Positions 1 through 12,627 of a stretch of DNA of 64,000 nt are shown piece by piece. The notes below the pieces were generated by a model. The model was not told the origin of the DNA and searched no databases. It worked only from the letters and a program-made list of their open reading frames with translations. A program made the position numbers and the translations under genes. The DNA lies in NCBI GenBank assembly GCA_017499595.2, contig CM039000.1, forward strand, positions 2,170,001-2,234,000. Direction: 5' to 3'. The stretch is from Psilocybe cubensis. Its lineage: Eukaryota. Positions within the stretch are counted from its first letter, which is position 1; each line of letters starts with the position of its first letter.

Positions 1-4
1 AATG

Positions 5-672
5 CTATCGTGCAAGTGTGACCAAAGATAACACGAAGTCTACTAACGCAGACAGTCTTTGTGCACCGCTGGTCTGTGGATTCGTTGTCGGTGCTTTCAT
101 GCAGGCTAATGCTTTACAAAAAACAGGTTTTTCGGGATTTTGAATGGCCTGGTTTGATTCACTGATTGAATGAAACTAGGGGTTGTTAGTGTCGTCAAAC
201 TTCATATTGGCATCCGGCCTCACCTTTTGGTCGCAAAATCAGCTAAAATTCTGTCGCGCCCCCCGAGGTTTACCAATTCTTGGTGTTTTCCTTTCTTAAA
301 GACGACAATATCACCCTTCCAATTGCGCACTCTCCATCTCCGAATGCTTCTGTTAGGGGGGAGCCTGCAATGGTTCTTGACAAAGACATGAAACTGCGCA
401 ATCTTCCCTCTATTCGAAATTGAAACAATAGCATCGTGGATGTATGGCTGCAGGCGTTTCCCTCCCATGACCAGGTCGAGACGGGGGCTTCTGCCGCTTG
501 TGTTCTGAAGGGTGTGTATCGCTTTGTTCACGGGTCTTTCTGCGTGCGCGCCATAGTAGCGCGCTCTTAATGATAGCGAGGTGTCCTGGAATCCTTAAGA
601 AGAACGTCAAGTATCCTCGCGAAATTGCTCACCCTAGTCCGTGGGATATATTTAGCAAGTGCAGAAACCATA
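5..672 (-). CDS. Multi-exon hypothetical protein, TE-associated type
   Basis: ORF 220-531 (LQPYIHDAIVSI..FHVFVKNHCRLPPN..WKGDIVVFKKG) extends upstream in frame (LRARYYGAHAERP) and is bounded by GT-AG signals. Ends are approximate. Confidence 0.4.
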
Positions 673-1007
673 GTTTGGCGGGACTGAATGACGGTAGAGG
701 GTGAATGTGGGTGTATAGGGTTGAAAGAGAGGTTGAAGGTACAGGACCAGTGAGTTTTAACATAATCATTCACGACGCCTTTGATACAAAGAAGTTGTTT
801 GGCCCAGGTTTCCATCAAAAGCACTCGAATGGGCATGCGCTCGCTTCCTTCAATCCGCGCCGGTTCGGCGCGGCGCATTTAACAAAGGAAGATACGGTGT
901 GTTCACTTGCTCGTCCTTTGACAAAGAACCTGGCATGGCTTATACTTGATCGTCAGTATTTCCATCTTGTAAGAGCGCCACTCCCAATCATCACACCAGA
1001 TCCAAGC

Positions 1008-4000
1008 ATGGACGACGCTTCGATGGAAAATCTCTCTCTGCCGGGAGCCTTCAACAGCTCCCCTACAGAGCAAATGGATATCACCTCCAGCGACGACGTC
1101 ACCCGCAATCATCCAGGACCGTCCCAGACTCCCCAATCCCCTACAGAGCAAATGGATATCACCTCCAGCGACGACGACGCCCGCAATCATCCAGGACCGT
1201 CCCAGACTCCCCAATTACAGTCCCAGATTCTCAAACCACAAGAATCGGGCAAGCGAAAAAGGAGTGATCATGAAGAGATATCGTCGAGAAAGTTAATTGC
1301 AGTCGAGCCTGAGTATCTTCAAGAACTCGAGTTCGCGGTAACTCACTTCAATTGCCGTCTCAAATTTTAACTCAACATACCGTTGTATTCAAGGTTGATG
1401 AGTTGACTAAGAAGCTCAAATCGAAGGATAAAGAAATAAAGCGCCTTCAGAGCATAGAGCCGAGCGTCAACGATTTGAAAGATGCTGAAATTCGACACCT
1501 TCGCGTTGTAGAGCAAAAGGTTGAGACTTTGATTATTGGAAAGATATATGTACTAATAGTAATGTATCATCCAGATATCCAAAGAGAAATCGGCGTCTGA
1601 TGGGGCATATAAGACCTTACAATCCCAATTCGAAGACTATAAACGAGTACGTTTCCCAGGCTTCATGTTATCGTACCTGCGTTTAAGCATCGAACAGGAC
1701 GTGGATCGCCAACATAAAGAAGCATCCCGTGCTAAAGAGCACGAAATGTCTGAGGTATGTAGTCTACCAAAAATCAGAAGCATCAGCCTCTCATTGCTAG
1801 CTGTTTTCAAGCTGGAAGCAAAGTTCAAACAACAAATCGAAGAACTCCAAATTCATCATGACCGTACGGTGGAGGAATTAAACAAAAAGGTTGAATCCCA
1901 GTCTCTTCAGATTTCATCTCTGGTGGAAGACAGTCTTGAAGAATCAGAAACTGCGAAAATATTGCTAAATGAACCCGATGGAGAGGGGTCCAATATCTTG
2001 GAAGAGGACATGTCCCATATCAAGGAGCTCGAGGATTCGAATATGGCGTTTACGGAGCGAATAACTGCTTATGAGGCTCAGATAGCGAAGCTCAATGCTG
2101 ATTTGGAGGAGCAGAAGGCGGAGTCGTCAAAGCTAACGCGTGCTGTTCAGGAGCTTGAGGGACAGTCTGTCGATGGTATCAGCAAGCAGGAGCGTATCAC
2201 GGAACTTGAAGCTCTTGTGAGGGCGAAGACGACCGAACTTGAAGAGTTGAAGCACTCTACCTCTCACGCCCAAGACCTTGAAAATCGCATCAACGAACTA
2301 CAGGGTTCTCTCCAGGAGTCTGACAGCGAAAGGGAGAAATTGATTCAAGCACAACAAGTATCAAGCCATCGCGAGAATGTTTTAGCTTCAGAACTCCAAA
2401 CTGTGCGCGAAAAGCGCAGTGAGCAAATTAAAACGCTTACTGCCCAAGTGCGACTCCTCGAAAACGAATTGTCCGGAAATCAAACTGCACTTAAAGATCA
2501 AGGTCAGGAGCTGGAGAGACTGCGCGCGGCGTCTACCCAGCGTAGGACCGCTGACGAGGCTGAGATAGCGAAGCTCAATGCTGATTTGAAGGCGCTCAAG
2601 GATTCGCAACAGTCATCCGCTGATCGTGGTGCCTTGGACGCCGACCACATTCAAAAGCTTGAAGCTCAGTTGACGGCACAGACAAATAGGGTTCAACAGC
2701 TCGAGATAATGAACGCAGCCTCTATCGAGAATGCGTCTGCTTACGAGACTCGTGTAAAACAACTTGAGTCTGATTTGGAGGCGCAGAAGGCGGAGTCGTC
2801 AAAGCTGACGCGTGCTGTTCAGGAGCTTGAGGGACAGTCTGTCGATGGTATCAGCAAGCAGGAGCGTATCACGGAACTTGAAGCTCTTGTGAGGGCGAAG
2901 ACGACCGAACTTGAAGAGTTGAAGCACTCTACCTCTCACGCCCAAGACCTTGAAAATCGCATCAACGAACTACAGGGTTGTCTCCAGGAGTCTGACAGCG
3001 AAAGGGAGAAATTGATTCAAGCACAACAAGTATCAAGCCATCGCGAGAATGTTTTGGCTTCAGAACTCCAAACTATGCGCGAAAAGCGCAGTGAGCAAAT
3101 TAAAACGCTTACTGCCCAAGTGCGACTCCTCGAAAACGAATTGTCCGGAAATCAAACTGCACTTAAAGATCAAGGTCAGGAGCTGGAGAGACTGCGCGCG
3201 GCGTCTACCCAGCGTAGGACCGCTGACGAGGCTGAGATAGCGAAGCTCAATGCTGATTTGAAGGCGCTCAAGGATTCGCAACAGTCATCCGCTGATCGTG
3301 GTGCCTTGGACGCCGACCACATTCAAAAGCTTGAAGCTCAGTTGACGGCACAGACAAATAGGGTTCAACAGCTCGAGATAATGAACGCAGCCTCTATCGA
3401 GAATGCGTCTGCTTACGAGACTCGTGTAAAACAACTTGAGTCTGATTTGGAGGCGCAGAAGGCGGAGTCGTCAAAGCTGACGCGTGCTGTTCAGGAGCTT
3501 GAGGGACAGTCTGTCGATGGTATCAGCAAGCAGGAGCGTATCACGGAACTTGAAGCTCTTGTGAGGGCGAAGACGACCGAACTTGAAGAGTTGAAGCACT
3601 CTACCTCTCACGCCCAAGACCTTGAAAATCGCATCAACGAACTACAGGCTCGTCTTGGGGAGTTCGAAAGAGAACGGGAGGGACAGTCTATTGATGGTAT
3701 CAGCAAGCAGGAGCGTATCACGGAACTTGAAGCTCTTGTGAGGGCGAAGACGACCGAACTTGAAGAGTTGAAGCATTCTACCTCTCACGCCCAAGACCTT
3801 GAAAATCGCATCAACGAACTACAGGCTCGTCTCCAGGAGTCTGACAGCGAAAGGGAGAAATTGATTCAAGCACAACAATCATCAAGCCATCGCGAGAATG
3901 TTTTAGCTTCAGAACTCCAAACTGTGCGCGAAAAGCGCAGTGAGCAAATTAAAACGCTTACTGCCCAAGTGCGACTCCTCGAAAACGAATTGTCCGGAAA

Positions 4001-6735
4001 TCAAACTGCACTTAAAGATCAAGGTCAGGAGCTGGAGAGACTGCGCGCGGCGTCTACCCAGCGTAGGACCGCTGACGAGGCTGAGATAGCGAAGCTCAAT
4101 GCTGATTTGAAGGATCAGAAGGCGGAGTCGTCAAGGCTAACGCGTGCTGTTCAGGAGCTTGAGGGACAGTTAACTGATGGTATCGACAGAGAGAACCGTA
4201 TCGTTCAACTCAACAACGATCTAGACGCGAAGACTGCAGAACTGAAGAAGTCCAGGGAGGAGTCAACCTCTCATGCCCAGCAACTTGAAAATCGCATTGG
4301 TGACTTACAGGCTCGTCTCCAGGAGTCTGACAGCAAAAGGGAGAAATTGATTCAAGCACAACAATTATCAAGCCATCGCGAGAATGTTTTCGCTTCAGAA
4401 CTCCAAACTGTGCGTGAAAAGCGCAGTGAGCAAATTAAAACGCTTAACGCACGAGTTCGAGACCTCGAAAAGGAGTTGGAACAAGCCGCGACCAACTCTC
4501 GCGATTCACTTAGTAAAGAACGGGAGCGATACCAACAGATGTCCGTTGAGTTTCAAAAACAACAAGCAGCGCTATCTCAAACAACTGAAGATCTCAGTAC
4601 TGTCAAGGCCGCTCTTGAAAAAGAATTTGAGGACCATGGTAATACCAAGTCACTGTTGGAGCTTTTACAAAGCGACCTTGTGGACTCTCAAAAAGCCATC
4701 TCAATTCTTAACAGTCAATTAGAGGCCACCATGGCTGACCACATCGAATTTGGAGAGGAAGCGCAAGATTCGGACTCGGTAATTACTTCTAATTGTATCT
4801 TTTGATGTATATTCAATGAAAACTCCATAGGCGATGGACCCGGATGCACCAGAAAGTACTCCGTCGGCGACTGGAAAATCTCAAAAAGCGGCGGGCAAAC
4901 GTCGTCAAATGTCGATGATGCCGGATACCACCCTATATACGCTTGTAAGACAATTAGCGGTGTTGTAGCTTGGCCACATGTCGCTAACAATGTCCTGCAG
5001 ATGAATGATATGCCCAAAGAATGGCCACAGCGTTCGCCCTTTTCAAGGTTATCAAAAAAACTACCAGGAAAGTGTTTCCAGCCAACACCGGATATCGTAG
5101 GCAGCACACCTGTCTATACGTTTGTAAGATACCGACTACCGCCACTTTATTTGGTATAACTGAAGTCAAATATCCTTTAGATGAACCATAGGAACGGCGA
5201 CCTGCAGGTAAATATGGAGCCAGAAAATTCAGCAGAACGACCCACCTTTTCAAATTTTTTTAACCAAACGGAATTTACTCCCACTCTCTCTACCTCTGCG
5301 AACCGTTCTTCGCCCGTCCGAGACGGTGACCTGGCCTCTTCTTCCAATCCAGGGCCATCAATACCCAACAGATTTTCAAAGCCGGGTCACTATCGAAGAG
5401 GTAGAGCTACACATCAATCTCCACCTCCACCTTCCAGTGCTATACCCAGATCTGGTCGAGACGATGTGCGAGGAGTCGAGGCTTCGACAGCCTTCCATGC
5501 AGATACTCCGGCAACGGTCGCTGACCCCTCTGTGGTTCCACCTCACTCTGTATTCTCTTCGACGCCTCCTGTCACTCCTGTTCCTCCTGTTGCCTCAGTA
5601 TCTGCTGCTGAACGTGCTTTTCAAGAAAGAATATTGAATACGCTAAGCACTCTGTCGAGTGATGTGAGAGGCGTCGTTTCGGACGTGCAAGAACTTCGGT
5701 CTAATGCAAATACACAACCTGCAACCCCTCGTAGGAGGATTCCAAACAGGAAACCTTACTCTCCTTACAAGCAAGCTGGTCCTGTTCGTCCCCGCTCAGC
5801 GGACAGAGTTCTTATTCTAGTAGTATTCTTTTCGCCTCCACATCATCCATTGACTGAATATGATTTTTTAGAATGCCAGCCGGCAGTTACAACAATATCT
5901 CCTCGGAATATCCGAAGATGACGACATCTTCATAATGGATTCCATTCACATTGCATCACCAGCCGAAGTAGATAAGTTCGAGAATTCGCTACGAGACCCC
6001 CCACCATTGGAACCTCTTCAACTTCACTTCGACCAAGTGAAAGTGAAATGGAACGCTTATCTTGCGGACCTCTTTGCTGAACAGTTCTTGCGATTACACA
6101 GCAATCTTAATGCTACTGCCGATCAAATCAAGGAACACTTCATGGCAAGAGTGCAAATGTTTCGTGAGAAATTGATTTCCATCGTTCCAAGGCCAGGAGA
6201 AACCAGCGAACAATGTTTCGATCGCGTAAGGGAGGAACGTCTAAATGCCAATCGCAGGAAGCGGCGCCGCACTAGGCAACGTAATGTATGTCAATATCTG
6301 TTTCCTTACACTTACACAATTTCTTTGCTAATGTCGGAGAAGTTGTATGTGGACCGTTATAGTAACTGCATAGATGCCGGTCGTCATGATATTGCAGATG
6401 TCGTCTTGACACTTGGCGAAGATGGAATGAGCGAAGACGAAACAGACGGAGAAGATTCCACAGTCGTCCTTTTGACGCAATGGCGCAACCCAAAGCTCCT
6501 GACTCCATTAAAGATCGCTGATAGCCTGCGACCGGCTACAAGCGTCAATGGAACCAGACGACCAGGTAGCCGACCCCTTAAACGCAGAAGACTACAATCC
6601 GCACGGGAAGGTTATCAACCAGCTCCAGATCAGCGTCCAGAAAATTATTACTATTCTTCTTGGCGGGCCTGCTTATCTCGTTATGATATAGCGCTCTTGA
6701 AAATGAAAGATGCAAAACCATTTTTCGGGGAGTAG
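1008..6735 (+). CDS. Large multi-exon protein: long repeated coiled coil, Pro/Ser-rich linker, C-terminal domain with LGEDGMSEDETD..QWR motif
   Basis: ORFs 705-1370, 1352-1600, 1665-4805, 5181-5921 and 5935-6735 are co-oriented and can be joined by short GT-AG introns (e.g. 1338-1393, 1756-1811, 4780-4830). Could be two genes. Confidence 0.65.
1059..1214 (+). repeat. 78-bp tandem duplication (26 aa, SPTEQMDITSSDD..RNHPGPSQTPQ x2)
   Basis: Units 1059-1136 and 1137-1214 are nearly identical. Confidence 0.95.
2100..4445 (+). repeat. In-frame 672-bp (224-aa) tandem repeat: two full units plus rearranged partial units
   Basis: Unit starts at 2100, 2772 and 3444. Identical antisense ORFs at 2388 and 3060 are offset by 672. 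Further sub-unit copies run to ~4445. Confidence 0.95.
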
Positions 6736-8123
6736 GCGTAGAATCACTTTTTTAAATCAACTCGGATATTTCCTGTCACAAAGATTCTAGCTGTTAATCT
6801 CATGCTTCTATGTATGTACAAAGATATATTCACAATGCATCGCACGTTATTCAGTCCTTCGTCCAAAATGCGGTTAAACCAGAAAGATCTCCGCTTTCAT
6901 AAGGACAGCCAGACAAACGGCTTCAACGGTTAATAATTGACTTTACGCTTATGTAGTCCGCGCGATACTCAGAAATATAATTGACCTGGAAAATGGGAAT
7001 TACAGGGGGAAGATCATATTAACTAGCAAATGCGCAAACGACATCTATTTTTACATGCCAACTCTTAGGCTAGGATGGGCATTGCTCTCAACATCAAGGA
7101 TCACAGTAGGTAAGCGTGCAGGCAGCATGCAAAGATCACTAAATAATAAATCAATAAGGGTTGCATCAGTTGTCTGCTCTGGGGTGTATCTTTTCTACGG
7201 AAATGGTGCTAGAACCAAATGGGATCGACCTGTAATAGGAAATGCACCGTTCTTGAGACAGATTGAAGGTCCTTCAAATATAACCAGGGCGTTGGTTATG
7301 GTAACGCATAGACTGAATAAAGAGGGGCTCACAATCTATAATCGCAGACTTGAATTCTGTCCTTGCCCGAAATTGGACTCGAAATAGCGTGCTAAGGAGA
7401 AGTTGTAGATCAAAACCTGGTGCTTAAGAAAGAGAGACAGAAGACGAAAAACGTACTCTCGCGAAATGATGACCTTCTGTATATGTCATGGTTTGCCCTA
7501 AAACGTTGATGCAACCGATGGAATGGAGAGGACACAGCAAAGGACGGGCGTTGCAACTCTGTGTGAGGAGTGAGTACTGTGCGCAGCCGTCTTCGTTCAG
7601 CCACGTACATTAATGTTGCCCCAGTTTCCCGCTCGAGCCTACACGTCTCCACGACTGAAGTACATGCGTTCGTGTCGGGCGACGATGGACCCCTCGCTGG
7701 CCATCCAGGTTCGACGACTTGCTAGCCAAAGTTTGGATGTGGCAAATCAGTGGAAGCGTCAAGGTAAGTGAACCTGCTACTTACTTGATTGGTATTTTAT
7801 CGTGCACTCTCAGCGATGCTCGTTCTGCACAGAGAGAAGGATGCGAATGTCATCCACCTGCGCAATGTGCATGGAGGATATGGGAATCAGGGTCTGTCAG
7901 GTATATCAGCGAATGCCATGGGACATGCGACGTAAACAGACTTACCCAGTCATACGTCTGCGTATACGCGCTCTACACATCATGCAATGCAATTCTGATA
8001 ACCTATTCCCATCCAGAGGGCCCTATCCGTGCGAAAGGGGTTGTGGAGTTGAGTTGGAAGGAACACCGGTATCCGAACGATGACAAGTCCGGGATCTTGT
8101 TTGCTTAATAGCGCATAGTGCGG

Positions 8124-8793
8124 ATCGTTGGTGTTCGGGATAGGAGATGGGCTATACTATGTAAGTTACTACAGAAAATTAGGTAGACAGAACGAAACAT
8201 ACCTGTGTAGAACAAGAGGAAGGAAATGGTGAAACGAACGACTTGAGTGAGAATCGTGTGCGTCTAATCGCATGGTTAGCAAACGGCGGGTACACTGGAG
8301 TTGCGACTTACCAGACATGCTTCAAAACTTTTGCGATGTCTTGTTCGCTGACCTGTATCTGCGCTGAATGACTGACCCAATATACAACACTGTGCAGAAA
8401 ATTGTGTTACTTACGGCGAGCGTAGAGATCTCATACGTGCTTAACATCTGTGTTGGCACTTCGATTACACCTCACGCACAATATCATTCGGTCCCCATTT
8501 CGCTCCCTGTAGTAGTATTTGTATTATTTACATGGTACACTACGCTAGACTGCCTACATGGATAGCAGCGCTACTCGGTCTATATGTGCTACTTCACCCG
8601 CTAGATGAGCATGGTTGGAACAGAAGAAGAAGAAAGCGTGAGAATATGGCCAGCACGCCAACAAGTACCGCAGAAGTTCGATGCCGCTCATGCCGTCGCC
8701 AAATTGGTGATGCGCGTGATTGGTGGCACGGCATCAGCGGCATCAAACTTCTGTCCTGTATCATGGCGATTTTGTGACGGTGTGACGCCTTTC
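8124..8793 (+). repeat. Left arm of ~670-bp inverted repeat
   Basis: Reverse complement of 11474-12143. ORFs 8368-8565(+) and 8532-8777(+) are identical to 11702-11899(-) and 11490-11735(-). Confidence 0.97.
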
Positions 8794-8967
8794 ATCCTGT
8801 CCCTCAAATGCGGCGCGTTGTATCGTATGTAAATTGGTTAAATGATGGACACAATTCATGTGCTAGTATTATACGGAAGCGTAGGTCAGAACTGTATTTG
8901 CTATCAGCGGAGAGAAAATAGTGTTTCCATTCATGATACGTTATTGATCCATCCACCGAAAATGAGT

Positions 8968-9437
8968 TTAAAATAGAAAATGAAGTCTGGTAGATAAGTC
9001 CCCGCTTTCATACCGTATTGAATCTTCCAGCATCCCATCCAAATAATCGACTTCAAAATATCCAGGCATATGACCCCGCGTACACTTAGGAGTTCCCCCA
9101 GATTTTCCAGCCGACGGACTCGCATTTCCCTTTTCTTTGAACGAAAAGAGCACATTCTTTAACGCATCCTTGACCTACGAGAATGTTCGTCACGATACTT
9201 GTAAGGACAATCAAGAAAAACACTTACAGCGAGGTATGGCCAAAATATTAATGAGTGATCCACCTCCAAGTGTTCTCCCTGTTGCGAAAGAAACCGCGAG
9301 CGTCGGATGAACTTGATTTCTTCCGGAGGGTTTCGCGGAACACATAGGGGTGAGAGCTGAGAAAGTCGAAATTCGATTCTCGGAGTGATGAGTGGAAGTG
9401 GCGCTTTATTGAACATTTTTGCTATGAGAGGTGCCAC
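8968..9437 (-). CDS. Small hypothetical or degenerate gene in the inverted-repeat spacer
   Basis: ORF with PLPLITPRIEF followed by possible intron(s). No recognisable domain. Confidence 0.25.
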
Positions 9438-11473
9438 AACTGGGTTTGGGGCAGTCTGTAAGTTGCGATGGAGGTGTATGCAATCAAGGATTCACGACGC
9501 TTTATAAGAAGCAAGAACAAAGGCAATCTCCGCGACAAAATATCCTGACCAATCTTGACAAAGGTATTAACTAAATGAGCGCTTTATTCGCTCAACACCC
9601 ATCTGAACATAGAAAATGACCTACCAATGAGATATATAGAAGCTAGAGAAGGTCATGTATTTCTACATACCCACACTTACCCCGGAATGCGAGATTTTGG
9701 GAAGGTGATTTCATGATTTCAACTGGCGGAGATCATCAATGATCAATGGGATAATATATAGTTTTAATATCCACTGTCGGTCATACCGCCATAACAACGT
9801 TTATCGTCATTATGACGGCGCCAAAGGGCGTGATTACGTGGCTGCATGAGCGACATTGGAATTGTTTGCTATGTCAAAGCGCTCCTGCGACAATGCCATC
9901 TTTATCCCCTTTCCCATAACTCTTCGACAAAGAGAAACAAGATAAGATGGATCTTTGTTCAGAAAACATTTAAAAGGTCGATAGGTTAATATGTACTCAG
10001 TACGATATTTCCTGCTGTAAGAAACTTCATGATGCCCGTGACGAGGGAAGGCCACGATGTAATTCTGAAGCATATCGTCATCGTTTCGTGGCTGATCCGT
10101 ACTAATCATTCCTACAGGTCGATAACCACAGTGATGACAATGACTATCAGAATCAGAAGCAAATGATCGAAGCAAAGTTGAAAGAACTAGTAAGTATTTT
10201 AGAACATCATTTTATTAAATCATGACAAAACTTTGCGATGACAGATTTCAATGATGCGGGCTGTATTTTGTGACACCCATGGTAGACGCGAAAACGACGA
10301 TGAAGACGGAAAAAATAGTGAACAAGACGAGCAAGACGAGGACTTGGATCCTTGGCCGGCGAACAGCAAACGCTCAAGGCGCGTTCAATGGCGGCTGGGG
10401 CGCAAAACTAAGCGATCTCGAAGGAATTTCAGGCGCAGAATGAGGGGTGCTTCGCGCTCTCCCAACAAGCTCCGCGGGTCCGACTCCGACTAGTGGGCAG
10501 ACAACGAGGTATGGGGTTGTGCGCTGGGCAATGGCCGTGTTAGACTGTTGAACGAGATTTTAAACCACCCACTGGCAGGACAAATTGGGGTTGGAAAGTC
10601 ACCGAAGATTATTATATCAAGTAGAGCTTGGGTTAATAAATTTAGTATATCAATTGCAGATATTGATGAAGCGACATACTTCATAGATTGAAGAGAATTA
10701 TTAGACGGGAACATCTCGCGTGTTCGAGAGAGTAAATTTGGCTTACAGTACGTGTAAAACAATTGAGACTGGTGCCGCTCGAATACCTGATAGAAAAAAG
10801 ACGGAGCCAATCTATAGTTGCATAAGCAGGAGACTCGACGGGAGCCATGTGCAAATCCTGTATATTCCAAGTCCCGATATCGTGAAATCCAAATTAAAAC
10901 GGCAACCTGCAAAGAGGGTACCTCGCAGACCGGGTGCTTACAGTAGGCAGCGTCGTACAAAACATAAAGTTATGGCAGCATTCAACGTTCAATTCTTGAA
11001 TGTAGGTGGGTGCGTCGTTGAATAAGTGAGGTCTGTAAAGCAATGAGGCGGCACATGTGCTGTAGAATATGTTTCCTGCACTGATAGCAAAGATGATTCC
11101 TCACCTATGTTTGTGACGCTCGAATACGGGTCTGGCAGGCGAAGAGGCGGCGGGTGTGCTGTAGAAGGTGTTCTTGGCTTGTGTTTCCTGCCTGATAGTA
11201 ATAAAAATACGATTCGCACCTATGTTTCTGCGTAATTCACTATCCAAATGAATTGTAGTTCCTCCTCGTTCTGTGTCGCTCACCCGACTATTTCCTCTGC
11301 CCTTCCAAGCCGGGTCTATGTCACTTGAACTAAAATTGTATTACTAGAGTACGCAGCTAGCTAAGTTTATGGTATTAGAGTCTACACTAAAGTGCTACTA
11401 CTACAGTAAGCTCGTATGCGAACCATCTCTACGTACGACGTGCTTCATAGGAGTGAGTGTTGAGAGAGAGGTG

Positions 11474-12143
11474 GAAAGGCGTCACACCGTCACAAAATCG
11501 CCATGATACAGGACAGAAGTTTGATGCCGCTGATGCCGTGCCACCAATCACGCGCATCACCAATTTGGCGACGGCATGAGCGGCATCGAACTTCTGCGGT
11601 ACTTGTTGGCGTGCTGGCCATATTCTCACGCTTTCTTCTTCTTCTGTTCCAACCATGCTCATCTAGCGGGTGAAGTAGCACATATAGACCGAGTAGCGCT
11701 GCTATCCATGTAGGCAGTCTAGCGTAGTGTACCATGTAAATAATACAAATACTACTACAGGGAGCGAAATGGGGACCGAATGATATTGTGCGTGAGGTGT
11801 AATCGAAGTGCCAACACAGATGTTAAGCACGTATGAGATCTCTACGCTCGCCGTAAGTAACACAATTTTCTGCACAGTGTTGTATATTGGGTCAGTCATT
11901 CAGCGCAGATACAGGTCAGCGAACAAGACATCGCAAAAGTTTCGAAGCATGTCTGGTAAGTCGCAACTCCAGTGTACCCGCCGTTTGCTAACCATGCGAT
12001 TAGACGCACACGATTCTCACTCAAGTCGTTCGTTTCACCATTTCCTTCCTCTTGTTCTACACAGGTATGTTTCGTTCTGTCTACCTAATTTTCTGTAGTA
12101 ACTTACATAGTATAGCCCATCTCCTATCCCGAACACTAACGAT
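11474..12143 (-). repeat. Right arm of ~670-bp inverted repeat
   Basis: Matches 8124-8793 with only isolated mismatches seen (ttcaaaac/ttcgaaac; ggtgttcg/agtgttcg). Confidence 0.97.
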
Positions 12144-12345
12144 TCCTACTGACATCTCTGGTTGGCTGCCACTTCACTTAGGCTACTTCTACAACTGTTT
12201 CACCTCCGTTTCGCGGCGGAGCGGCACAGAAAAGACGAGAGCATTGTCGTCCATGTGCGTCACCTCGCCAGGCAAAAGTCGTGCCCATCACGACGCAGTT
12301 CACTAGGACGCTCAGCGACATCTTTGGCGTGCTCGACTACTTAAG

Positions 12346-12548
12346 TTGGAGCTTGTTCACCGCTGCCTTCGACGAGGAACGCTCTGATTCTCTAGTGAGG
12401 TTGGCGTATGGTCTCCTCAGTGATCTGGCCAAATACTACTCGAACGGACGGCTTAAGCAGCATTCCTGTCCAATTGGCTTACATCAAACTGCGATCTGGA
12501 AGTTGTATTCCAGATGATACCATGAACACCATGCCTCGGGCATGCGAG
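12346..12548 (+). pseudogene. KAP95: Frameshifted C-terminal fragment of importin beta-1
   Basis: Across frameshifts it reads LELVHRC/FDEERSDSLVRLAYGLLSDLAKYYSNGRLKQ/FLSNWL/LRS..IPDDTMNTMPRACE, resembling the final HEAT repeat of fungal Kap95. Confidence 0.7.
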
Positions 12549-12627
12549 ATTTTTCGAGGGTATTTTTTGTATCCTTTCCCTCTTACTTACGACTTAGGCT
12601 TAGGGACTGCGGACAGTGACGTTAGAC

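Noticed and set aside
1665-4805. Myosin/SMC/Uso1 assignment for the coiled coil
   Set aside because: No motor, ATPase or hinge motifs; any similarity would be compositional.
6800-8110. Short ORFs on both strands with splice-like signals
   Set aside because: Could not assemble a credible or recognisable gene.
8124-12143. LTR retrotransposon
   Set aside because: The repeats are inverted rather than direct, and no gag/pol, PBS or PPT was seen.
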